Shown: positions 1-9,492, counted from the first letter of the stretch. The stretch is DNA of 45,731 bases from Crocinitomicaceae bacterium (GCA_047637555.1 JBLIKX010000002.1:1-45731); one strand, 5' to 3'. The notes: generated from the sequence alone by a model not told the origin. Numbers and translations are program-made.

Positions 1-124
1 AAATATTATACATGAGAATATTTTTATATTCAAAGAGTAATTAAGGAAGGGTTTATTCACTAAAAAATAATATTGAGAGATATATAGCTCTTTTAGGGAT
101 TTCACAGCCTTAAATAGTGGTTTG

Positions 125-195
125 CTGCTCGACTAGGATTCGAACCTAGATTGATGGTACCAGAAACCACAGTCCTGCCATTAGACGATCGAGCA
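125..195 (-). tRNA. tRNA-Gln (anticodon CUG)
   Basis: The reverse complement folds as a cloverleaf. Acceptor TGCTCGA/TCGAGCA; anticodon stem GTGGT/ACCAT with loop TTCTGGT (anticodon CTG); T-arm CTAGG-TTCGAAT-CCTAG; discriminator G. No encoded CCA. Confidence 0.85.
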
Positions 196-255
196 ATAAA
201 AACATAATAACTAAATACTCAAAAAATAAAAGTTTTCTAATGATATAGTGTTATT

Positions 256-972
256 ATGAAAATTATTTTTTCACCCACAAAATCCCAACAAATACCTTCA
301 ACTATTTTTTATAATACTACCCCAATATTATTTCTTAAAAAATCAGAAATTATTCGCAATATATTAAAAGAATTTTCACTAAAAGAGCTACAGAAAAAAT
401 TTAAACTTTCTGATACCTTAGCTAATAAAATTTATCAATATTACCAGAATGACATTTCTCGCACCCCAGTAATACAGTTATTTACAGGAATATCATTTAA
501 ACAATTACAAGGGATGTATCAAGAGAAATATCATCAATATATTCAAAACCATATAGTTATTACTTCAGCGGCATATGGACTACTCAGACCCTTTGACGCT
601 GTGGAGCCATACCGTTTGGATATGAAAGATATAATAATGAAGGAAAACATTTATTCGTTTTGGAAAGAAGAAATTTATGAATATTTTAAAAAAGAGAATT
701 GTATTCTTAATTTAGCTTCTTTAGAATATTCAAAAATGATACCTAATGAACTAAAAGATAAAATTACAACCGTACATTTTCTTATAGAAACAAAGAATAG
801 ATTTAAAAATGTTTCTACCGCTTCAAAAAAACAAAGAGGCAAGATTCTAGATTATTGTATCAAAAATGAAATATGCGATATATCTTTACTGAAAAAATAT
901 TCATCAGATGGTTTTACTTTTAATAAAAAAAAATCAAATAAAAATTCTTTTTATTATATCTATAGAAAATGA
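256..972 (+). CDS. yaaA: YaaA/DUF328 (UPF0246) peroxide-stress family protein
   Basis: N-terminus MKIIFSPTKSQ and the core SAAYGLLRPFDAVEPYRLDM match the YaaA family signature (ISPAK..., SGLYGLLRP.D...PYRLEM). TGnTATAGT lies 6 nt upstream of the ATG. Confidence 0.8.
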   Translation: MKIIFSPTKSQQIPSTIFYNTTPILFLKKSEIIRNILKEFSLKELQKKFKLSDTLANKIYQYYQNDISRTPVIQLFTGISFKQLQGMYQEKYHQYIQNHIVITSAAYGLLRPFDAVEPYRLDMKDIIMKENIYSFWKEEIYEYFKKENCILNLASLEYSKMIPNELKDKITTVHFLIETKNRFKNVSTASKKQRGKILDYCIKNEICDISLLKKYSSDGFTFNKKKSNKNSFYYIYRK

Positions 973-1051
973 TTGAAATTAAGTACATTGTATTTAATCA
1001 CATTCCGGCGATCTAGTTATATTACATTATTATACTAAAATAAAGGAAAAC

Positions 1052-1431
1052 ATGATTGGTATGTCTGTGAGGATCGTTATCATTAGGGAACTTAAAACAA
1101 TTGTTGGTGCACTTGTTGCTAATATTATTATTCCAGATATTTTAGAAATTCTAGGTGTTCGTTATTTTTCAAACTTTTTTTGTGGAAGTAATTAATAGAG
1201 ATAAATTACCTTAGTGAAAGCAGCACGTGAAGCTGGAGCCTCAGTATTGGCTTATAGCACTTTTATAAATCGAGTAAACTCATTTGTAATTCTTAGTTTC
1301 GCCTTATTTATGATTGTAAAGGAGATTAATATTGCGAAACCGATACCAAACTGGGAAACAATTTAGATGAATAAAAAGGTTCTGCTGAAATTGAGTTACT
1401 AACTGAGATGCGAGATATATTTAAGAAGTAA
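1052..1431 (+). pseudogene. mscL: Decayed large-conductance mechanosensitive channel gene (mscL remnant)
   Basis: Translation gives MscL-like segments: IVGALVANIIIPDILEILGVRYFSNFF, then VKAAREAGASVLAYSTFINRVNSFVILSFALFMIVKEIN, then a frame-shifted AEIELLTEMRDIFKK*. They are interrupted by in-frame stops at 1193-1204 and 1364-1366 and by a frameshift near 1370-1384. The N-terminal helix is truncated. The ORF track has no ORF of 60 aa or more here. Confidence 0.6.
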
Positions 1432-1459
1432 TTAAAAACAAAAAACGCACATACGTTTT

Positions 1460-2215
1460 CTATTTTTTCCCCAAATGATGACTATTAAAAATGTCTGTTC
1501 GAATTTTTGCATTTTTAATAATCTCTATTACCTCTTCATCATTATCAGTAATAATGTAAAGACTTAAGTCTTCAGGACTAATTGTTGCTTCTCCATCTTT
1601 AAGCATTATTTCTTTAAAATAATTTTCCAATGGTTGCCAAAAATCAGACCCATATAAAATTATTGGTGTATCAGGAATTTTTCCTGTTTGTTTAAGTGTT
1701 AATATCTCAAACATCTCATCCATGGTTCCAAATCCTCCGGGGCAGTAAACATAGGCTTCTGCTGCATAAGAAAGAACGACCTTGCGTGAATAGAAATGAT
1801 GAAACTCAATTGTATCATCTAGGTAAGGATTAGTAGTTTGCTCAAAAGGTAGGCTAATATTAATACCTAGTGAATTGCCTTTTTTTGATTCAAAGGCACC
1901 TTTGTTTGCTGCTCCCATTATTCCATGACCTCCACCTGTTACGATAGTATAATCTAGATTTGCAATCTTCTTTGCAAGAGATTCAACACGTTGATATATT
2001 TTCGTTTCTGGTTTCAAGCGGGCTGATCCAAAAATTGTAACCGTTTTCGGATAGTCTTTCATTAGCTCGAATCCTTGCCGAAATTCTGCATCAATAATAC
2101 ACATTCGCGAATCAGTTACGTTGTCATATTTTTCAATACATGCACGAGTTAATTCGTCTAAACTTTTTCTTTCTTTATTTGTTTTTTTCATGTTTTTGAT
2201 TATATCACGAAGCAT
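1460..2215 (-). CDS. LOG family protein (TIGR00730 Rossmann-fold nucleotide-binding / nucleotide 5'-monophosphate nucleosidase family)
   Basis: Carries the GGGHGIMGAANKGA and PGGFGTMDEMFE motifs typical of LOG / lysine-decarboxylase-like proteins. An alternative start at 2191 (MKKTNKE) is also preceded by TATAAT plus 7 nt. Confidence 0.85.
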   Translation of the reverse strand: MLRDIIKNMKKTNKERKSLDELTRACIEKYDNVTDSRMCIIDAEFRQGFELMKDYPKTVTIFGSARLKPETKIYQRVESLAKKIANLDYTIVTGGGHGIMGAANKGAFESKKGNSLGINISLPFEQTTNPYLDDTIEFHHFYSRKVVLSYAAEAYVYCPGGFGTMDEMFEILTLKQTGKIPDTPIILYGSDFWQPLENYFKEIMLKDGEATISPEDLSLYIITDNDEEVIEIIKNAKIRTDIFNSHHLGKK

Positions 2216-2221
2216 ACAGAG

Positions 2222-2241
2222 AGTATAAATTTTGTTATAAT
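2222..2241. promoter_or_regulatory. Back-to-back -10 boxes in the 35-bp divergent intergenic region
   Basis: The minus-strand TATACT (2222-2227) lies 6 nt from the LOG ATG. The plus-strand TGtTATAAT (2234-2241) lies 9 nt from the ATG at 2251. Neither side has a Shine-Dalgarno. Confidence 0.45.
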
Positions 2242-2250
2242 GTCATTAAT

Positions 2251-3102
2251 ATGTCACGAAAGAATAAATCACAAAAACGAAAAATTATTAAGAAAAACGG
2301 TAAAGAAGAACTATTTATTCCTCAGAAATTATGTGATTCTATGGTAATGGTTGGAGCTTCCGACGAGCTCGCACAGCAGGTGTGTAGTATTGTTGATGAA
2401 AGTATTGAATCAGGTGTTTCTACAGATAAAATTTTTAACACTACAAGAAAATATTTGAAAAACTTTGATCCAAGGATCTCAGCATTATATGCTCTTGAGC
2501 GTGGTCTAGGTGCACTTGGCCCTTCTGGATTTATTTTTGAACAATATGTTGCAGCACTCTTTGGAGAAATGAATTATAAAGTTCAAACCAATGTATATGC
2601 AGAAGGAGAAGGTGTAACACATGAAATTGATGTCTGGGCTGAAAAAGGTAACGTCGTGTATGTTATCGAAGCGAAATATCGAAATGAGTATCATTCTAAA
2701 ACTCATATTAATCAGGTAATGTATGCAGACGCACGCATGGAAGATATTAAGCGTCGTGCTGAAAAAAAAGGTGACACACGTGAATTTTATATGTGGGTGG
2801 TAACCAATACACGATTTACAGATAACGCTATTAATTACGTTGCTTATCGTGACATGCAATTAATGGGAGGGGACTATCCTAAATATATAAATCTCAAGAA
2901 AATTGTATCTGATAAAAAATTATATCCCGTAACTATTTTACCTTCAATTACAAAGAAGGCACTGCGAGTTCTTTCAGAAAAAGGAATTATCTTAGTAAAA
3001 AGTTTATATGGATTAAGTGCTAAAAAATTAGAATTTCAATGCGGATTAAATCCAGTATTAGCAAAGAAATTAGAAAAAGAAATTGCTGAACTTATCACCT
3101 AG
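2251..3102 (+). CDS. ATP-cone domain fused to a PD-(D/E)xK (Mrr-like) restriction-endonuclease domain, with a C-terminal HhH-like segment
   Basis: The N-terminus KIIKKNGKEELFIPQKL...ISALYALER resembles the ATP-cone of NrdR/RNR. The core GFIFEQYVAALF...THEIDVWAEKGNVVYVIEAKYR...WVVTNTRFTDNAINYV matches the Mrr_cat D...ExK nuclease core. Confidence 0.7.
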   Translation: MSRKNKSQKRKIIKKNGKEELFIPQKLCDSMVMVGASDELAQQVCSIVDESIESGVSTDKIFNTTRKYLKNFDPRISALYALERGLGALGPSGFIFEQYVAALFGEMNYKVQTNVYAEGEGVTHEIDVWAEKGNVVYVIEAKYRNEYHSKTHINQVMYADARMEDIKRRAEKKGDTREFYMWVVTNTRFTDNAINYVAYRDMQLMGGDYPKYINLKKIVSDKKLYPVTILPSITKKALRVLSEKGIILVKSLYGLSAKKLEFQCGLNPVLAKKLEKEIAELIT

Positions 3103-3181
3103 ATGTGAAAAAATAATTTGACCATATTTTATAAATATGGTTTTATAACAAGAGAAATAAATTAATTAAAATTCTAAAAAA

Positions 3182-3499
3182 ATGAAATGGTATCATAGAA
3201 AATACACACCAGAAGAATGGGCAATTGACCTTTCCAAAAAAGTTGATCCAAAAGCAAAAATAATCAGTGAAATTCCAAATCTTAAATCTTATGAATTAAG
3301 AGAAAAAATTAATCAACGATTAAAATTATTGAAAGCTGAAGATTTGGCTGAAAAATTTAAAGGTAATACGAAAGCACGTTTAGTGAATTTATACACTTGG
3401 CTTCTCGTAACGCTATATGATGACGAGCACCATAGTTGGGTATTTGTAAATAATATACGAAAAAGTGAAAAAAAACGCTTTATTCCATCGAATAACTAG
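3182..3499 (+). CDS. Hypothetical protein (105 aa)
   Basis: An intact ORF on the same strand, 79 nt downstream of the ATP-cone nuclease. I recognise no motif. Confidence 0.45.
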   Translation: MKWYHRKYTPEEWAIDLSKKVDPKAKIISEIPNLKSYELREKINQRLKLLKAEDLAEKFKGNTKARLVNLYTWLLVTLYDDEHHSWVFVNNIRKSEKKRFIPSNN

Positions 3500-3568
3500 T
3501 TTTAAAATTTAAGATCTATTTTTAGGTCTTTTTTGTTTATTTTTTTTCCAGGTATATAATATAAAGAT

Positions 3569-4828
3569 ATGAATAACACAGAAAAAAACAGCATCTATAA
3601 AAATATTCAAGATGCAATTACCTTAGCTGGAGAGAAATTAGGATTCAGCGATGCAACTATTACCAATATCACCAATCCATACAATGTTATTAATGAATCA
3701 GTAATGGTACCAGAAATTGGTAAAGAGATTAATATGTATCGCGTACAGTTTAATAATGCATTAGGTCCATATAAAGGAGGAATTCGTTTTCATCCGGATG
3801 TTAATTTAGATGAAGTAAAAACACTTGCTATAACAATGATGTTGAAATGTTCTCTTGTTGGTATTCCTTTGGGAGGAGCCAAGGGCGGTGCAACACTAAA
3901 CCCACGTGATTACAATGATAAGCAACTTGAAGGTGTTGCGCGCGCTTGGGCCCGAACTATGGCTCCATTTATTGGTGTTGATCAAGATATTCCTGCACCA
4001 GATGTAAATACTAACGGACAAACTATGTCATACATGTTAGATGAATATGAAAAAACAATTGGTCACTCGGAACCAGGCGTAATTACAGGTAAGCCTCTTG
4101 AGCTTGGTGGTTCAAAAGGAAGAAAACAGGCAACTTCGCAGGGTGGTGTTTATAGTATTTTGAAATTACTCGAATATAAACCTGAACTTGCAGGTAATAA
4201 GAAAATTATTATTCAAGGCTTTGGTAATGTTGGTTCATTTGCTGCAAATATTTTAGTCTTAGAAGGATTTTCTATTGTAGGTATTTCAGATTCAGGTGGA
4301 GCAATTTATAAAGAAGAAGGTCTCGATGTGGTTACTATCGCGGAAAAGAAGTCACAGGGACGTATTTCATTACATGATATGTTTGAATCAGATGAATCAG
4401 TACAAAAGATTACAAATGAAGAATTGTTAATTCAAGTTTGTGATATTTTAATTCCAGCTGCACTGGAAAATCAAATTACAAAAGAAAATGCTAGTGGTAT
4501 TCAAGCAAACCTTATTGTTGAGTTAGCAAATAACCCAACGTCAGCTGAAGCTGATCTTATTTTAAAAGAAAAAAATATTATTGTTATTCCTGATTTCCTT
4601 GCTAATGCGGGAGGTGTAACGGTGAGTTATTTTGAATGGGTACAGAACCGTCAGCAATTTTATTGGTCTGCAAAAGAGGTGGATGACCGACTTCATACAT
4701 TTATAGTAGATGCGACCGATCAGGTGTACGCCCTATCTCAAAAAGAAAATATTACCTTAAGAGAGGCGGGGTTTCATATTGCTGTGGAACGAGTAGGCAA
4801 GGCTGCTGCCTTGCGAGGAAACAAGTAA
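3569..4828 (+). CDS. gdhA: Glutamate dehydrogenase (Glu/Leu/Phe/Val dehydrogenase family)
   Basis: Contains GGIRFHPDVNLDEVKTLAITMMLKCSLVGIPLGGAKGG (catalytic Lys / Gly-rich motif) and the Rossmann motif GFGNVG. TATAAT lies 8 nt upstream of the ATG. Confidence 0.9.
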   Translation: MNNTEKNSIYKNIQDAITLAGEKLGFSDATITNITNPYNVINESVMVPEIGKEINMYRVQFNNALGPYKGGIRFHPDVNLDEVKTLAITMMLKCSLVGIPLGGAKGGATLNPRDYNDKQLEGVARAWARTMAPFIGVDQDIPAPDVNTNGQTMSYMLDEYEKTIGHSEPGVITGKPLELGGSKGRKQATSQGGVYSILKLLEYKPELAGNKKIIIQGFGNVGSFAANILVLEGFSIVGISDSGGAIYKEEGLDVVTIAEKKSQGRISLHDMFESDESVQKITNEELLIQVCDILIPAALENQITKENASGIQANLIVELANNPTSAEADLILKEKNIIVIPDFLANAGGVTVSYFEWVQNRQQFYWSAKEVDDRLHTFIVDATDQVYALSQKENITLREAGFHIAVERVGKAAALRGNK

Positions 4829-4830
4829 TC

Positions 4831-5094
4831 ATGAGACGTCTTTTCCTTGGGTTACTTATTGTTACTGTGATTTTCTTTATACATCCAATTCTTGCACTTG
4901 TATTATCGGTCATTTTCGGTTTTTTGAATAGCTATGATTATTACGAAATAATCGCCACAGGTGTTGTAATTGATATTCTATATCAAAGCATTGTTAGTAT
5001 TGGTATTTTTTCACTTCCAATTTATACACTGTGCAGTCTGGCTCTATTTTTAACTATACGCCTGTTAAAAAAACAAATGAATTTTTATGCGTAA
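4831..5094 (+). CDS. Small integral membrane protein (possible MreD-like partner of PBP2)
   Basis: 87 aa, almost entirely hydrophobic (about 3 TM segments). It starts 2 nt after gdh and overlaps the PBP2 start by 8 nt. The function is inferred from position only. Confidence 0.45.
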   Translation: MRRLFLGLLIVTVIFFIHPILALVLSVIFGFLNSYDYYEIIATGVVIDILYQSIVSIGIFSLPIYTLCSLALFLTIRLLKKQMNFYA

Positions 5095-6781
5095 TTTTTT
5101 TAAGAGAAAATACAAAGACTACGAAATAGAACCAGATGAAATATTTATGGATGACGCTAATATTTCACAGCTTAATCGTCAGCAATTTGAAGGTGTAATT
5201 GAGCAACCTATTTCATCAAAAATACTTCTTATTTTAGGAAGTTTTTTCGTGGTAGTACTTTTAATTTTTTTTGGTAGATTATTTTTTCTACAATTAGTAC
5301 AGGGGGAAAATTTCTTAGCACGTTCTGAAGGAAATAGATTGCAGAGTAATCCAATTTTTGCTGAGCGAGGTGTTGTTTATGATCGTAATAAGGTTGAAAT
5401 TGCATGGAACACAAAAGCCGATAACGAGGATCTTTTCCTTTATAGGGCGTATACGGCACTGAGTGGTCATGGTCATTTACTAGGATATTTAAACTATCCT
5501 CAAAAAGATAATTTTGGAAATTTTTGGCGAACTGAAATAGAAGGGCAGGCTGGGATTGAGAAGAAAAATAACCAAACCCTCGCAGGAATCAACGGTGCAC
5601 AATTAACAGAGGTTGATGCCCTAGGAAATAAGTTATCTCAAAACATTATTTCTCAGCCTAAAAATGGTAAAAATATTAACACAACGGTTGATGCATATAT
5701 TCAGCATTACCTGTATGAGGCCATTAGAATCCAAGCAGAGGAAGCTGGTTTCGTTGGTGGCGCAGGAAGTATCATGGACGTTGAGACTGGAGAATTAATT
5801 GGATTTACAAGTTATCCTGAATTCGATCCTTATACTCTTGCAGAGGGATCAGATGTGGAAAAGATTAATGGTTTTTTTAATGATCCTCGAAAACCTTTTC
5901 TTAATCGAGTTCTATCAGGGGTTTACTCGCCTGGATCAACAGTGAAACCTTTTATAGCTTTAGCTGGACTTCATGAGGGTCTTATCAATGAGAATACTAC
6001 TATTTTGAGTACTGGTAAAATTGAAGTACCTAATCGGTTTAACCCCGCCAATTCTTCATTTTTTAGAGATTGGAGAAAAAGTGGTCATGGTGTGACTGAT
6101 GTTCGCCATGCCATTGCTGATTCAGTAAATACTTTTTTCTATGCACTGGGAGGAGGGTATCAAAATCAAGAAGGTTTAGGTATTACAAGGATTGAAAAAT
6201 ATATACGTCTTTTTGATATTGCTGAACCAACAGGTATTGATTTTGGAAATGAAGCTATAGGTACAATTCCAAATCCAGAATGGAAAGAGCGTATTTTTGA
6301 GGACGGAACCTGGCGTTTAGGTGATACCTATATTACTTCTATTGGTCAGTTTGGTTTTCAAGTAACACCAATTCAAATGACGCGGGCCACAGCAGCATTG
6401 GCTAATGGTGGTTTTTTACTACAGCCTATGTTGTTGAAACAAAAACCAAATAGGAAAATACTTGATATTAGTATTGATCCAACTGATTATGAACTTATTA
6501 GACTAGCAATGCGTGATACAGTAACTGAGGGAACCGCAAAGATTATAGACCTTCCATATGTTCAGATGGCAGCAAAGACAGGTACGGCCCAGGTTGGAAT
6601 TAATAATGAATTTTATAATTCTTGGATTATTGGATTTTTTCCCTATGACGAACCTAAGTATGCATTTAGTATTGTAATGGAGAGGGCTCTCAGTGATAGT
6701 GATGGTTCAGCAGGAAGAGCGATGCGTAATTTTATGGAAGGAGTACAAAATAACTACCCTGAATTTTGGGAGAGTATTTAA
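5087..6781 (+). CDS. mrdA: Penicillin-binding protein 2 (elongasome transpeptidase)
   Basis: N-terminal TM anchor and a PBP dimerisation domain. Transpeptidase motifs SxxK (STVK), SxN (SVN) and KTG (KTGTA) are present. Confidence 0.85.
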   Translation: MRNFFKRKYKDYEIEPDEIFMDDANISQLNRQQFEGVIEQPISSKILLILGSFFVVVLLIFFGRLFFLQLVQGENFLARSEGNRLQSNPIFAERGVVYDRNKVEIAWNTKADNEDLFLYRAYTALSGHGHLLGYLNYPQKDNFGNFWRTEIEGQAGIEKKNNQTLAGINGAQLTEVDALGNKLSQNIISQPKNGKNINTTVDAYIQHYLYEAIRIQAEEAGFVGGAGSIMDVETGELIGFTSYPEFDPYTLAEGSDVEKINGFFNDPRKPFLNRVLSGVYSPGSTVKPFIALAGLHEGLINENTTILSTGKIEVPNRFNPANSSFFRDWRKSGHGVTDVRHAIADSVNTFFYALGGGYQNQEGLGITRIEKYIRLFDIAEPTGIDFGNEAIGTIPNPEWKERIFEDGTWRLGDTYITSIGQFGFQVTPIQMTRATAALANGGFLLQPMLLKQKPNRKILDISIDPTDYELIRLAMRDTVTEGTAKIIDLPYVQMAAKTGTAQVGINNEFYNSWIIGFFPYDEPKYAFSIVMERALSDSDGSAGRAMRNFMEGVQNNYPEFWESI

Positions 6782-7349
6782 TACAGTATTTTTGAGTATA
6801 TAAAAAAAGCTCGAGAAAGATAAAGTACTAACTAGTTTGAACAAAATAACTCTTAAAAAATACCTTGATAATCCAATATTTGTACGATGGTAATATGAAG
6901 CCCTTGTGTTCAAAAAGTTTCAAATTATATAAAAGCACTATTAAAAGTGACAGAACCAAAAAATCCTAGGAATTAATTCTCTATGAATCCCTGTAATACT
7001 AAATAGTTATATTCTGGTATCTGTGAAGAATCAATACCTGCTGTGTCAAACTGTACAGAGGAATATAACATTATTTTGAACCAAAAGAATAAATATAAAA
7101 ACATTTACGAATAAATCTTTTATATATAGTCCGGTTGCAGAATTGAAGTACTTCGATGACTCTCATCTGATAAAACCAGTTCAAGTTTTTTTGTAAGACC
7201 AAAAAAAACAGGTATTCAGGATAAAATTAAGTTACCATAAGAAATAATTGCCAAACTACAAGATTAACTTGAAAAAGAATAGTTCTTAAAAACTACTATC
7301 TATAGGTTCTTTTTGTTGCAATAAATTGTTGGCTCTTTATACTTACACT

Positions 7350-7814
7350 ATGAATGAACAGGAATTTTTAACTAAAGAGAAAAAAAAGTCATTAGAGGTT
7401 GAAATCGAGCACCTAAAGACTAGCGTACGAGCAAATATATTAGAAAGACTTGCTTTTTCAAAGTCTCTTGGTGATCTCTCTGAGAATGCCGAGTACCATG
7501 ACTCAAAAGATGCTCAGGGTAAAAATGAAGCTCGGATTTCACAAATTGAATACATCCTTAAGAATGCTGTTGTTGTAGAAGTTAATACTGATGGGACTGT
7601 AGGTTTGGGCTCAAAAGTGGTCTTGGTTAAAAAAGAAACAGGAGAAGAAAAATCATATCAATTAGTAGGTAATGAAGAAGCTGATTTTTCCGCTGGTAAG
7701 ATTAGTTTTGAATCTCCTATTGGTGCGGCACTTATGAGCAAAAAAAAAGGAGATGCAGTTGGTGTGACAACTCCAAAAGGGGAAATTATTTACAAGATTA
7801 ATAACGTTTCTTAA
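7350..7814 (+). CDS. greA: Transcription elongation factor GreA
   Basis: Coiled-coil N domain LSENAEYHDSKDAQGKNEARISQIE plus a C-terminal globular domain. I prefer the ATG at 7350 (TATACT 6 nt upstream) to the TTG at 7326 in the ORF track. Confidence 0.9.
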   Translation: MNEQEFLTKEKKKSLEVEIEHLKTSVRANILERLAFSKSLGDLSENAEYHDSKDAQGKNEARISQIEYILKNAVVVEVNTDGTVGLGSKVVLVKKETGEEKSYQLVGNEEADFSAGKISFESPIGAALMSKKKGDAVGVTTPKGEIIYKINNVS

Positions 7815-7818
7815 TATT

Positions 7819-9288
7819 ATGGCATCACTCGAAGAATTACGATCAGTACGACTAGAAAAGATTAAAAAACTAAAATTAGCTGGAATGGATTCATTTCCAC
7901 CAGATGTTACACGTAAGAATACACTAAAACAAATCAACGATTATTTTGAAAATGGAGATATTACTTCCCTTGCAGGGCGAGTTATGGCTATTCGCGGCGC
8001 AGGTGCAATCATGTTTATTGTTATCAATGATGGTACTGATGAGTTTCAAGCTGTATTGAAGAAAGATGATATTGATCAAGATTTAATGCAATTATTTAAA
8101 GAAACAGTTGATATTGGTGATTTTGTATGGTTTTCTGGTGAACTCTTTATGACCAAACGTGGTGAGCAAAGTCTCTTGGTTAAAGACTGGAAGATGGCAG
8201 GGAAGTCACTTTTACCCTTACCTGATAAACATGCGGGACTGCAAGATCAAGATGAAATTTATCGAAAACGATACTTAGATACTTTAACTAACTCGGAATC
8301 ATTTAATTTATTTAAAACGAGAGCAAAAATCATTTCTGCGATACGTCGTTTCTTTGATGAAAAAGATTTTATTGAATTCGAAACGCCAATTTTACAAAAC
8401 CAAGCTGGTGGGGCGATGGCAGAAACATTTAATACCCATCATAGTGATTTAGATATTGATATGGTATTGCGAATTTCTTTAGAGTTAGAGCATAAAATAA
8501 TCATGGCTGGCGGTTACTCTCGTATCTATGAAATTGGTAAAAATTTTCGTAATGAAGGTTCAGACCCCACTCATATTCAAGAATTCAGTATGCTTGAATG
8601 GTACGCCGCTTATGAGACGCTGGAGCAAAACATGCAATGGAGCGAAGATCTTATTAAGCATTTAGCGAAAGACGTTCTTGGAAAAACCATCTTCAAGATT
8701 TGGGACAAGGACGGCAATGATATAGATATTGATGTTTCAGGGTCTTGGGAGAGACTACGTTTCTCTGATTTACTAAAAGAACATGCAGGTCTTGATATAG
8801 AAACAGCAACCCTGGAACAAGTCCAAGATAAAGCAAAAGAGTGGGGAATTGATAGTTCCGAATTACCTACTACTGGTCGGGCTAATTTATTAGATTTTAT
8901 TTATAAAAAATCTTCACGAAATAAAATTGTTGGTCCAGCATTTGTTACTGACTATCCTGGTGATTTAAAACCTCTTGCTCAGCAGAACAATGACGGTACT
9001 GCACGTGTATCTCAATTAATTATCGGTGGAGCTGAGATTACAAATCAATATGCCGAATTAGTAAATCCAATACGGCAACGTGAACTATTAGAATTACAAG
9101 CAACAGCCAAAGAAAACGGAGATGCAGAAGCTATGGAGGTTGATGAGCGATTTATTACAGCTATGGAGCATGGAATGCCGCCTATGACCGGATTTGGCAT
9201 GGGAATTGATAGGTTAGTAGCATTTTTTACAGAACAAAAGAACCTGAGAGATACTATTTTCTTTCCAATAGTGCGTTCTAAAAAATAG
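7819..9288 (+). CDS. lysS: Lysine--tRNA ligase, class II
   Basis: OB anticodon-binding N domain. Class II motifs are present, including NFRNEGSDPTHIQEFSMLEWY and GMGIDRLV. It starts 4 nt after greA, so an operon is likely. Confidence 0.95.
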   Translation: MASLEELRSVRLEKIKKLKLAGMDSFPPDVTRKNTLKQINDYFENGDITSLAGRVMAIRGAGAIMFIVINDGTDEFQAVLKKDDIDQDLMQLFKETVDIGDFVWFSGELFMTKRGEQSLLVKDWKMAGKSLLPLPDKHAGLQDQDEIYRKRYLDTLTNSESFNLFKTRAKIISAIRRFFDEKDFIEFETPILQNQAGGAMAETFNTHHSDLDIDMVLRISLELEHKIIMAGGYSRIYEIGKNFRNEGSDPTHIQEFSMLEWYAAYETLEQNMQWSEDLIKHLAKDVLGKTIFKIWDKDGNDIDIDVSGSWERLRFSDLLKEHAGLDIETATLEQVQDKAKEWGIDSSELPTTGRANLLDFIYKKSSRNKIVGPAFVTDYPGDLKPLAQQNNDGTARVSQLIIGGAEITNQYAELVNPIRQRELLELQATAKENGDAEAMEVDERFITAMEHGMPPMTGFGMGIDRLVAFFTEQKNLRDTIFFPIVRSKK

Positions 9289-9492
9289 GTGAATTAAAAT
9301 AATCTCTTGATGAGCTTATTTTAATTTGAGTAATTATCATGATTCAAATGTGTATATTTTGAATTGTTATATCCCATAATTTGATATCAATTATATCAAA
9401 CCTAAAAACACCCACAAAAGCACAACCTTTTTTTGTGGAACATTTTTATTACTCTTTGAGTTTATTTAATATATTAGGTACAATACTCGTAT

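Noticed and set aside
2506-2859. A 117-aa minus-strand ORF.
   Set aside because: It is nested antisense within the ATP-cone nuclease CDS and has a Cys/Phe/Ile-rich nonsense composition.
6707-6913. A 68-aa minus-strand ORF at the PBP2 3' end.
   Set aside because: It overlaps the PBP2 coding sequence antisense and has no supporting signals.
7326-7349. N-terminal extensions in the ORF track that use TTG/GTG starts. They affect greA (7326), rel (14689), holB (35579), frr (36492), murE (38213) and murF (42731).
   Set aside because: In each case an ATG lies shortly downstream with a -10-like box 6-8 nt before it. The extensions are hydrophobic junk that would cover the promoter and, for holB and murE, the upstream terminator.
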